Source: Rhina ancylostomus (lineage: Eukaryota). From it: DNA of 63,887 bases. A program made the position numbers and the translations under genes. The stretch spans positions 14,111,594 to 14,175,480 of the forward strand of contig JARFYF010000055.1 of the NCBI GenBank assembly GCA_030265395.1, read 5' to 3'. Positions 1-11,240 of the stretch are shown piece by piece (positions within the stretch are counted from its first letter, which is position 1; every line of letters starts with the position of its first letter). Under the pieces are notes generated by a model. That model searched no databases, had not been told where the DNA came from, and saw only the letters and a program-made list of their open reading frames with translations.

Positions 1-542
1 CCGGGCGGCGGGCGGCGCTGTGGCCGGAGGACGGCGTGAGTTTGGGCGGCTGTGCTGCTGGGGGGAGGGTGCGGGGCCGAGCTGGGCGGGCGGGCAGTTC
101 TCTGGTGAACTGGGTTTCCGCTGCGGCCCATGTGAGCGGCGCTGCCATTGTGTGAGGGAGGGAGGGAACGAGCGAGTGAGCGAGTGCGCGGAGCAGCGGC
201 GTCGGGCCCCGGCGGGGAGCGGAGCGAGCGGCGAGTCGTCGAGCCATAATAATAATAATCGCCACTAAAGGAGCAGCTAGGCGGCGGCGGCGGCGCGGAT
301 CGAACGGCCGGCCGGCGCTCAGCCCAGCCCGTCGGGGGAGAGGGGAGGAAGATAAATAAACCCGATCCCTGCGCGGCGCCCTTCCGCACCCCCCTCCTCC
401 TCCTCCCGCCCGCCTGCCTCCGACAGCGCGCTGTGCAGGCCGCTGGAGCCCAACCCGCAGCCTCGGCACTCGCGTAACTACTCTTCCCCCTTTTCCCTTG
501 TCCCCCCCCTCCCCACCCCCCCCGGCTTCGGTTCATGAAGAG

Positions 543-569
543 ATGTCGGCCACCAGCGTCCTGGATCAG
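543..569 (+). CDS. YTHDF2: YTHDF2 coding exon 1 (MSATSVLDQ)
   Basis: ATGTCGGCCACCAGCGTCCTGGATCAG followed by GTACGG donor. 27 nt, phase 0, same size as the human YTHDF2 first coding exon (MSASSLLEQ). Confidence 0.93.
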
Positions 570-743
570 GTACGGAGCGGGCCGTCAGTGTTTACCGAGC
601 GGGGGGCCGTCTGCACGGAGGGGCGGGCAGGGTGGTGGTGACTGTTAGGCCGTAGCCTCGGCACTCGATTAATGATTTCCCCCCCTTTTTTCCCCCTTCC
701 CCTGTCTTTTCTTCTGCCGCTTCGTGGAAACCGACTGACGCAG

Positions 744-768
744 AGACCGAAAGGCCAAGGAAACAAAG
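744..768 (+). CDS. YTHDF2: YTHDF2 coding exon 2 (RPKGQGNK + 1 nt)
   Basis: CAG|AGACCGAAAGGCCAAGGAAACAAAG|GTAAGG. 25-nt microexon; peptide matches YTHDF2 RPKGQGNK. Confidence 0.95.
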
Positions 769-3661
769 GTAAGGAAGTGTGGCTGGCTACCGCCCGGCGG
801 GCCGCCGAGGCGGCGGAAGGCCCTGCCGTCTCGGGCTGTCCCAGGGCTTTGATTCTAAAATGGTGGCTGGGCCGCGTGTGAAAGGCGGGAGCGGGTCTGG
901 GTTGTTCCTCCCTTTCCTCGCAAGAATGGGTTTGTGTCCTCGGACCCAGCTCCTGGGATGAAGAAAACTCGTGTGTGTTTGGCGGGGTGGTGGAGGAAGA
1001 AGGAGGAAAGGGCAGTAGACAGGCCCGAAAGCCTGGGGCTCGAGTTGAGTCAGTCCTCCGATACATCCTGTTGAATGGCCTTCCCGCCCCAGTCATCCTT
1101 CCCTTCTGTCCCATCACCACCTTCGTACCTTCCCCGGGGTGTGAACCTGTGATGGGAGTTTGATTTAAAAGACGTTTGTTAAAAGATGCACATTTCCCCA
1201 CCAACAGGAAGAATGACTAATGTATTTCAATACCATCGTCATTTTAGGTTCTCGAGACATTTCGATTATTGATCGCAATTCTTCGGGAAATTTAGATTTT
1301 TATTTCAAAAATGGCGCACTTCCACAAGTTGTGGGTTTAAAATAGTACAAATGATAACGTTTGCATTCCACTTTTATAAATGGGGGAAGGGAGACCATTT
1401 TTCAGTTTTGATGCAGGAGCTCGACTATCACTCTGCTTCCACTGATAACTGCTTGACTCCTTGCCTTCCTCCAGCAGTTTCTGGTTTTTATTTTGCTCCA
1501 GATTCCTGCATCTGCAACCTCTTGTGTCACCATTTTGGTTGAATGATTTTCAATCTGGGTGATTAGCAATCTTACAATGAACTCGCCATTGAATAGATTA
1601 TCTCTAACTTTATAAACATTCATCTTCTGGGGATCTCTTTGATACTTTTAGCTATGTCATGCCCCTATTTTAGAATTTCCTGTGTTTAATTGTAAAACTT
1701 CATTAATAATTTTAATATTTAATGTTATATCAGTTTGTTCCATTATTCATTGTCATTATTGTGTGATCTTTTTGAGGCAAGAAGCTACTCATGTTTTTTT
1801 CTCCGAAGTTTATTTACCCTTAGTACACTTGTTCATGTTGGTTTAAGTGTAACCTGTATTTCTGGAAAAATAAACACTCTTTCAAATATAAATATGTTTA
1901 CAGTTACAACACCACCCTTAAAATTATCAGTGTATTAAATGCTTTTCCCATATTGATTATTACCTTCACAAGTAATTGAACTCTGCCAAATAGCACATAT
2001 CCCCTGCCCATAACAAATTGGTTATTTCAGTGTTAATCATTCTAACCTTGCAAACAGCTTATAACATTCTCCTCCTAAGATCTGTTGTGCACTTTTCTAC
2101 ACTGGTTAGCTGGCAATAGGTCTCATATACTGGTTAAGTGTATATAGGAACTGAGTAAACTTAATCCCTAGATAGATTTCAGGCTGGCCAATAAATTGTA
2201 GCAAATTAAACTAAAATGACCTGTTAGGATAGTCAAACCACATTCTCAGGCTTGTGTTTGGTTAACTAATGTCTCTGGTTTGCAGTCTATGGAAAGGTCC
2301 ATTTGGACTCTCTGCTAGCTTTGGTGTGTGAACTGTAAATACAAAACCAGCAGATAGATACAGACTAATGGAAGCATTTGTGACTATGTTCATGAAGGTT
2401 TTGTTATCACTTGCTGCAGTCATTAGCATAGTTTAGAAGCTTCCAAAGATTTAGCATTCCCACTTAAAGTAGTGTTATTTTTAGTGTGATTTTAGTTGTG
2501 ATGCAAACAGCAGCTGATTTGTCATGGGAGATATCAAACCAGAAACTTTGCTTGCTTTTTCTAATTTAGATTTTTCCTTGTCATTCTCCAAATTTTCTCC
2601 AGTCTTGTAATGCAAGTTGTAATGCTAGTTTATGGGGTACATAAGCATTGGTCATTTATTGTATTAGAGCTTCAATATTGTTGGGGTGTGGTTTGACTGA
2701 GAGGGTTAAATTTTGTTTTTGGTTGATGTCCAGAGCCTTGCCCTTTCTATGGGGGTCATTGTATCTTGATTAGGTATGAAACATTGGTTGATTTGTACCT
2801 CCTTGGACTGGTACTGCCAAGGCAAATTGTAGAATGTCACTTGTGCTCTGGCACAAATTATTCTAGATTGTGATCAAACATGACTTTCCAATTTGTAACC
2901 AAATGGCAGTCGAGGTAGTACATTATCATTACATCTATTTTTTTTATGGAGCCTGTAGTTTGTGTAGTGAAAGCATCCATGTAAAGGTACTCCCTGTTTT
3001 CTGCTACTAAGGTATATATTTATTCAAGGCGCTGGACAAGGAATTTATTATTGGGTGCCTGAGGTTTTAAAACTGGTGATATGCCCTATTAACAAAAGCA
3101 TGCAATAGGAAAGCTAAGCTGCTATTCATAGGCATTTAGCATTTTATCTTGGCAGGAATGCCATATCTTTGAATGGTTACACCACGTGCTTGTCTGGCCT
3201 ACTGAGTAAATAAGACTGCATGATGAGCTAGTGAGTCATGCAAACCAAACTCTTGCTTAAAAGTGCAGGGGTAAATGTCTAGTGAGGATGCAAATAGGAT
3301 TGGCTGTGTTTGATTCTCTGCTTTCTGAAAGTTATTATCTAGGGGAGGGCACAATTGGAATGGGGCTGAAAGAATTTTGTCTTTGTCTGATGTTATATCG
3401 TTTCTTTCTTCTANNNNNNNNNNNNNNNNNNNNNNNNNNNNNNNNNNNNNNNNNNNNNNNNNNNNNNNNNNNNNNNNNNNNNNNNNNNNNNNNNNNNNNN
3501 NNNNNNNNNNNNNTTCTTTCTTCTATATGTAATCAGATCCACCTTTCATTTAGTCTTGATTGCTAACTTAGCACTTCAGTTGACTATTGGTAGTTGGCTA
3601 CTATTGTGATCTTAAGTTTTTGTTGAATTTCTGTCTTCCATTCCTTTCCCACCACAATATA

Positions 3662-4020
3662 GGGGGTGGCATAATGGCACTACCATTAGAGCTGCTATCT
3701 AGCAGCTTCAGTGACCTGGATTCAATCCTGACCTACAGTGCTGTCTGTGTAGTGCTTGCATGTTCTCCCTGTGCCTGCGTGGGTTCCCTCTTGGTGCACT
3801 GGTGTCCTCCCTCATTGCAAAATTGGGTTGGTAGGTTAATTGGCCACTATAAATTGCCCCAAGTGTGTAGATGAGTGGTAGAATCTGGTGATGGGAATGT
3901 GGGGAGAATAAAGTGGGTTATGGTAGGATTGGTGTAAAACTAAAAGGGTGGTTGATGGTTAGCTTGGTTGCAGTTAGCTGGTGGGCCTGTTTCTACACTG
4001 TGTCTCTATGATTCTATGAT
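3662..4020 (+). mobile_element. tRNA-derived SINE, HE1/V-SINE-like
   Basis: tRNA-like head with B-box GGATTCAATCC, V-domain-like GCTTGCATGTTCTCCCTGTG...GTGGGTT, and a CR1-type tail CTATGATTCTATGAT. Confidence 0.85.
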
Positions 4021-4034
4021 CATTTCTTTTATAG

Positions 4035-4114
4035 TGCAAAATGGAGCGGTTCACCAAAAGGATGCACTAAATGATGACGATTTTGAGCCGTATCTGAACA
4101 CTCAGACCAGGCAG
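4035..4114 (+). CDS. YTHDF2: YTHDF2 coding exon 3 (VQNGAVHQKDALNDDDFEPYLNTQTRQ)
   Basis: TTTCTTTTATAG acceptor and CAG|GTGAGT donor. 80 nt, restores frame after exon 2; carries the conserved DDDFEPYL motif. Confidence 0.96.
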
Positions 4115-7100
4115 GTGAGTGTGTGTGAATTTTAGTAATGATTTATGATTTTTGGGAGAGAAGATAATGTTTAATCAATGGTACAGCACAATGGAAGAAA
4201 GTTGAGATCTGTGTTCCAGAATAAAGTTGCCATCACCCCAGCATTAATGTAGTTTGGTATCTTTCCTAGGTTAAGTAGAAAAGTTTAAAGTTGTAAAGCA
4301 AGGTGAAGTGGAAGTATTGATTTTTCTGGTGTTTTTATTTTAAACTTTTGGTTACTCTATGCAACTTTCACATGACTTCATTATGATGAGTTAAATTTCT
4401 ACTGTCTGGGCAGTCCAAGAATATTTTCGGTGTTCCTGGATTTTTATGGTAATAGTATAAATAGGCTTTCCTCATCTGTTCTTGCATCTTTCCTTCCAAC
4501 CACATGAATCACTTCCACAACTGAAGCTGAGATTAGTAGCGAGCTAGAAGAGATCTGGATACAAATATGAGAAAAGGATATAAAAATGTGCCTTGGCGAA
4601 CAGTCAGGATCTGTCTCTCTAATTCTTTTGACCCAAAATATTTTTTCTTTCTTAGCCCCATGCTTCTGCAAATGATGATGTTGCCCTTTCATGGGGTTGC
4701 AGGTTCTAGTTTTGTATTTTGGTGCTCTTTGTTTGACCACCAACCTTCTGAGTGAAGAAATTTGTGCTAGTTCAGTCATAAATTACTGACTGCTTTTTCT
4801 GAGACTCTGACCCCTAGTTCCAGATTCTCCAGTTTTTCAGTATTGTACCCTTTATATGGCATGTTAACATTTTTTTAGGGTGTTTATTTATAAGCAAGTA
4901 CCTTCTGTGATGAATTGGCAGTTCAACGTTTACCCCAGAGAAGGAGATGAGCATGGATGATTTATTGAGAATGTCATGTGCACAATCCAACAAAAGAACA
5001 ATAAGATCAGAAATTGATAAGTTGTTGGCTAAGGAAGTAATGTTGCCAAAATTCCCAGGAAATCCTTTTTTTTCCCCCTTGGTTCCCATCAAATAATTTT
5101 TAAAATTCATCAGAACAAGGGCATGTTACTTGATTTAGGGTTGAATCTGAAAGGTGACCTTCAATATTTTGTTTCAGTGCACAAATAGGATGATTTAGAC
5201 TTGTATTTAATCTTTGAGTATTGAGCTCCTGTCTTTCTGAATAGAAAGACCAAGTACTATGATGGGAACGAACCATGTTGAGGTCTCATGAAGTTTCTAT
5301 TGAATTTTGCTAATTAGCTTTAAGTAATTGTATACATTAGCTCACTTTCTTATCTCTGCGGTAAATGTTAAGCTGCCAATTCATTTTGAATTAATGGCCA
5401 GTTTTAGAATGCAGAAGCCCAGTATGCAGTAGAGCAACTTTTACACTTTTATAATGTTTAGCAATGCTTGATAATTTTTGAAATATGTTTGGCTATGTCT
5501 TTGCAGAGTCTAGTTGGTATGAGTTTTATGTGAAAAGTTAATTGCTCTCTGCCCTTTTCGACTAAATGTCTTCAGTGATCTGACTGTCAAGTTTGTTGAA
5601 AGATGGATGCATTGGGAGGCTAGTCAAAGGAAAGAGGAGAAAAGCAATTTTGTGCTTGCTGGTATCGTATAAAACACAAAAATAGGCAGGATGAGAAGGG
5701 CTGGCTTTCATTATTGGTTTTTATTTCCTGCTTTTGTTACTTGTAACTTCTTCAAAACTCCCATTGGAAGCTAAGCCTAATTTTGGTTTCTTCATCTATA
5801 TATTTAACAAGTGCATTTGAATCCCCACCCAGATGTTTGAAATGTTTTTCTTAAAATGTCTCGGTTCGGCTAGTGCAATTGTGGTTTCCTGAAACAGAAA
5901 TTAAAAGGCAAAAAAAGGACAAGAATTCTGGCAGATATGATTAATATTTCAAAGCTTTGGTATTTTAGAGGCTGAGATAAAGGAACAGGCCGCTCCAGTT
6001 CTGAAATGTTTTCTAAAAATTCTCACCCCAGTAGCCTAGTCATACTTGGTCATCATGACGTAATGTCCTTGTTGACTTTGCTGGTTCTACCCAGAATTGC
6101 ATGAAAGGGGTTAGAATTAGAAAATTCTGATAATACTCCATAGATCAAGCAGCATCTGTGGAGGGAGGTAATGCTACTGATCTTTCATTACCAGTATTCC
6201 CAGTGTGTTTTTATTTCAGGTTTCCAGCATCTGCAGTATTTTACATTTTAACTTGTCTTCTTCCTGGCATAGGGAGCAAAAAAACTAATTTCAGACACCG
6301 GCAATCTGAAATAGAAACAAAATACAGCAAATACTAGCAGTGAAAGGTCATCAACCTGAAATATTAACCCAACTACAGGTACTGCCTTGCCTGATGAATA
6401 TATCCAGCATTTTCTGTTTTCATTAGGGATAGGGAGAAAGTGAAGAAGTACTGATTCCTTTCTAACAAGGCCCATCCGTGCTAGCTGTTTGGACATTTAG
6501 TGAGAATAATATTGAGTTCATGTGATCATTAGAAGACCAGTGCCAGTTCCATATGTTAGTAACATCTGAGCTTGCATCCATTAACACCTGCTGTTTTTGG
6601 GCTAGGCTACATGTCAAATACGTGGATGACTCTCAACCAGGAAGATCAAACCTATTACTGTGAGTCCCAACATAATCTATTTGCTTCTCACTAACACTTC
6701 ATCCCACTGCCCCTCTACTAGCCAGGCTACTTGAAGCCTTACTATCCTGCTTGAGCTTGTGCTCAGCCCCAGATACACATCCTTTGTATCACAAGATCAT
6801 TGACTTTCATTTCTTGTCTTTAACCACAGCCTCTTATTACCAGAAACCTTGTGCTTTAGTCATTTCTGGAGCTAAGTCTCCCTTTTCCTCCACCCACTAT
6901 AATTCTCAAGTTGTCCAAAACTCTGCTCTTAGCCTGTCAGCTGTTACATTTGATAGGAAAAGAGTTGCCCTCACTAATCTCCATTGATTCCTGTCCGTAG
7001 TCCCATTCATTTAAGGATTTGTATTTTTGAGCTCTGTTATGGTCCCAACTTCTTCTGGCCCTAAGGTCTGCTCTTCCCACACCCTCAAATATCCTTCCAT

Positions 7101-9674
7101 GCTTCAGCTGTTCTTCGGGCTCTGGCTTTTTGTAAATGGATAGGAAAGCTTTTTGGCACCTATGCCTTTTCTTTCCAACATTTTGCTTAATCTTTTGGTT
7201 TTTTTCCCATCTTTTCAATCTTCCAATCCAACTACCATTTCAGATTTGCCATTGATACCTTTATTAGATTCACTATGGAGGGATTTCTCCACTCCTGTAT
7301 GTTGCGGTAGACTTGGGTAGCCCAATATGTGCCCAGATAATGATATTATCTAGTGGCATAAGAATAATGTTTCCTTATTTTTGTTGGTTTTGTATCAGTT
7401 CCAGTCTTTTCAGAAGTAGCCTGAAAGAATATCAGGAGGGCAAAACAAGGTATGAATTGTTCATTTAGAGCAACTGATCACAAAGCTAATTTGCAGTATA
7501 ATGAACAATGCTTCTTATTGGTGGATTATTTCTTTTTCGAGCTATTAAGATCTTTATCCCTGAGTTCCTCCATGGTTGCAGGCCAAACATCTTTCTTTCC
7601 TTCCTCCAGCCATAAATTTGCTCTCCAACCTCCCCTGCCCCCACCACACCCTTGTTGAATTCTTTTAACTAAGTTTCTATTTAAAACTTGATTGTTACTT
7701 TTATTGGACCTAAGTGAGAACTTTTGTTCTCCTTTCCTGTCCCATGACAAATGTCTTGGTTTCTAATTTTTTTGATGAAATATTGCTTATTAGACATCCT
7801 ACAATCTTTACTTCCCCTAAACCTTTGCTCTCTTGCTCCCAAACTGTTCCTTTTTGCTGTTTTGCTCCCTACTTCTGATGGAATTTAACAGAAAGGAAGG
7901 CTTTGTTTTCTAAGGAATTACTTCTCAGAGTATCTGAGGTGAAGTATTGACTGCTGATCATGGGTAGCAGTTTCCATATTTGACACATTGTGTAACTGAA
8001 AGAGGTTGTAACATTTTCTTCTGAGCTGGTGCAAGTTTGTTTTATGGAGTTCCAAGCATGTCTTTAGTTAAAGCACCTGGATAAATGTACCTAGTTGATG
8101 AAGCTTCTGCCCACATTGCCTGCAAGAATTCACTGGACTCATGTCAGATAATGCCCATCTTTGTTATGCCTTTGAGAAGAAATGCCACTGATGCCTCTTC
8201 CTGGTTAGATATGTGAATGTGAGAAAAGTGGAACAGTGCAGGAACATCAGATGAAAGATGGTTACAAGAGCCATTTATTCCCCTAAATGTCTAATGGTGT
8301 TGTTTGTTGGGAAGTTGATTGCGCAATCAGTTGGTGCTGGAAAACCCCACCAAATAAAGTATTAGTTCTACTTTGCTAGAAAATGATGTAATGGTTCTTT
8401 TTTCTGTACCTTCAACTTTCCAAAGGATGTTTCTTGAGTTGTTACAGCAGAATTGAATCACTCACTGTAGCATTTCTTCATTATGCTCTTGTAATTATAA
8501 TATGCTATAATTGTGCAGGGTTTGGGCTTCTGCAGTCAGAACAAAGATTACATTTGTGTACTTCTGTGGACATGCCTATAGCCAGATTTCTTTGCAGAGT
8601 CTGGACTGTACTTGATCAAGCAAATTGTTTTAAAGCTATGTATTGCAGGAAAAGCTAGTAATTCATCTAGCTTAACAAAGATTTATCCATTATTGTTTGC
8701 TTTACCCTTGTTGCTCTGTCATTTGGACTTTTATTTCTGTTTGCTGTTTCTCTTGCAATTAATCAGATTCGTGTGATCTTGATATAGTGTGTAGAGTGAA
8801 AGAAGAATTTCACAAGCTGATTTTTAAAAAAATTACTAGTTTTTGTGAGAGATATTAATGCAATGGTGTAAACAGCCAGTGTTTCCAGGTTTGGTATAAG
8901 CACAGCTCTGAAGTTTCTTCAATCCATGTACCTCACTTTGATTATCAAGTCATGTGTTGGTTGTGCTTCCTACTTTCTCAAGTACTGTCCAGCCTGACAC
9001 TAAGACTAATATTGATAATCTGTTCAGTTGGGGATAATTTTGTGCTGGATTTAGATATTCAAAATATCTTCACTAAAGATATAGAATGCTAATGGAAAGA
9101 ATCTTTAAACCATCGATTTCTGTTAAGTTTAACCCATTTTGCCCTTTGGTGACCAGATTCGTGTAGAATTTTCTGATAATGTAATTGTATGCACAATGTT
9201 TTTACAACTGTTACTAAAACATCTTGGGTGTGAAAGGCCTATTGTGTAAAGGCTGAAGGATATCTAAGGCAGTGTAACCCTGGGAATCTTAATTTCGTAA
9301 TTTTTATTCCAATTTATACGTTTTGTTTACACAGCTTTTAAGGTCCTTACTTTGGTATCTTTAGCCAGAAATACCTTGTGCCAAGTAATTCTCAATTACA
9401 ACTCTGTAGTAGAGTTTTATAATTGTGGAGCTGTACTGTTTCTGCTGAATAGTTTTGAGACTCCTGTTGGGTGTTTCTTTCTATTTCTAGCAGAAGTGAT
9501 GTGTGAAAACTTTATGCAGCTATATCAATGACATGGAGATCCCAGTGAAAGTATTGCATATTTCTGCTGTTTTCTAACAGTTGAGCTGAAGTTTTAAATG
9601 TTATTTAGATTTTTAAACATACTCATTCAGTGTGTTGCCTTTCATTACTGAATGTTTTTATTTTTATTTTGCAG

Positions 9675-11240
9675 AACAATACCTATACTGCCATGTCTGA
9701 CTCCTACCTACCAAGTTACTATAGTCCATCTATAGGGTTCCAGTATTCATTGAGTGAGGCTGCTTGGTCTACAGGAGGGGATCCACCTATGCCCTATCTG
9801 ACATCGTATGGACAGCTAAGTAATGGAGAGCATCATTTTCTACCTGATGCCATGTTTGGACAGCCAGGGACTTTGGGTAATACTCCTTTCTTGAGCCAGC
9901 ATGGGTTTAACTTCTTCCCTAGTGGTGTGGACTTCTCGGCTTGGGGGACCAGCAGTTCTCAGGGACAGTCCACTCAAAGCTCAGGCTATAGCCCCAGCAG
10001 CTATGCCTATCCTCCTAGCTCACTGGGTGGAGCTATGATGGATGGACAGTCAACTTTTGCCAACGACACACTGAATAAAGCACCAGGTATGAATAGCATT
10101 GACCAAGGAATGGCAGGACTGAAAATAAGTGGTGGTGAGGTCGCTAGTAATGTATCTAAAATGGTAGGTTCTGCTGTTGGGAGCAATCCTATATCGACTA
10201 TTTCAAATAATGCGATACCTTCTAATCCTATGCCACCAACTACAATTGCTCCCCCCAAGCCAGCTTCATGGGCAGACATTGCAAGCAAGCCTGCAAAACC
10301 CCAACCCAAGAAAGCAAAAGGTGGGTCTAGTGGGCCGTCTCTCCCACCTCCTCCAATTAAACATAATATGGATATTGGTACCTGGGATAACAAAGGGACA
10401 GTGGCCAAAACTGCTCCTCAGCCATCAACTCAAGCCAGTGGCCAGCAACAAGGCCAGCCACCTCCGCTGCCGGTGAACCAGCAAGTGGTCAATATGCAGC
10501 CTCAGCAAGTGTCCTCTGGCCAGCAGCAGCAGGTGGCCACACAGCCAGTGCAGCAGCAGCCACAGCCAAATCGCTGGGTTGCACCCCGCAACCGTGCAGC
10601 TGGCTTTGGCCAAAATGGAGTGGATGCTGGAGGCATTGGGCTGGCGCATGGGAATTCAAATGCTGCCTCTGTGGAAGCACACCCAGTTTTGGAGAAATTG
10701 CGTTCTGTCAACAACTACAACCCCAAGGATTTTGACTGGAACCCTAAACACGGACGAGTTTTCATCATTAAGAGCTACTCTGAGGATGACATCCATCGCT
10801 CTATTAAATATTCCATTTGGTGTAGTACCGAGCATGGCAACAAGAGACTGGATGCAGCCTACCGTACCATGAACGGCAAGGGTCCTGTTTACCTCTTGTT
10901 TAGTGTCAATGGGAGTGGTCACTTTTGTGGTGTTGCCGAGATGAAGTCGACTGTAGACTACAACACTTGTGCTGGGGTGTGGTCTCAGGACAAGTGGAAG
11001 GGACGGTTTGACGTCAGGTGGATATTTGTGAAGGACGTGCCCAATAGTCAACTGCGGCACATTCGCCTGGAAAACAATGAGAATAAACCTGTCACCAACT
11101 CCCGAGACACTCAGGAGGTGCCCTTGGAAAAGGCCAAGCAGGTTCTGAAAATTATTGCCAGTTACAAGCATACGACCTCCATCTTTGATGACTTTTCTCA
11201 TTACGAAAAACGTCAAGAGGAGGAGGAGTGTGTTAAAAAG
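9675..11240 (+). CDS. YTHDF2: YTHDF2 coding exon 4: P/Q/G-rich low-complexity region plus YTH m6A-binding domain
   Basis: Lies within ORF 9630-11264. TTTTGCAG acceptor, AAG|GTTGGT donor, 1566 nt. Contains [37 protein letters not shown], the YTH domain [26 protein letters not shown]...VWSQDKWKG (aromatic-cage Trp intact) and [21 protein letters not shown] and IIASYK match the DF2 paralogue. Confidence 0.98.

Larger units (their letters stand above)
1..1100. promoter_or_regulatory. CpG island / promoter and 5' region of YTHDF2
   Basis: Very GC- and CpG-rich with GGC/GCG runs, spanning coding exons 1-2. GCCATT (YY1-like) near 144; a further YY1-type AAAATGGCG lies at 1308-1316. Sharp fall to AT-rich, CpG-poor intron after about 1.2 kb. 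Confidence 0.85.

Noticed and set aside
20-1204. 82-212 aa ORFs in the promoter region
   Set aside because: Expected from stop-codon scarcity in a CpG island; no protein similarity recognised.
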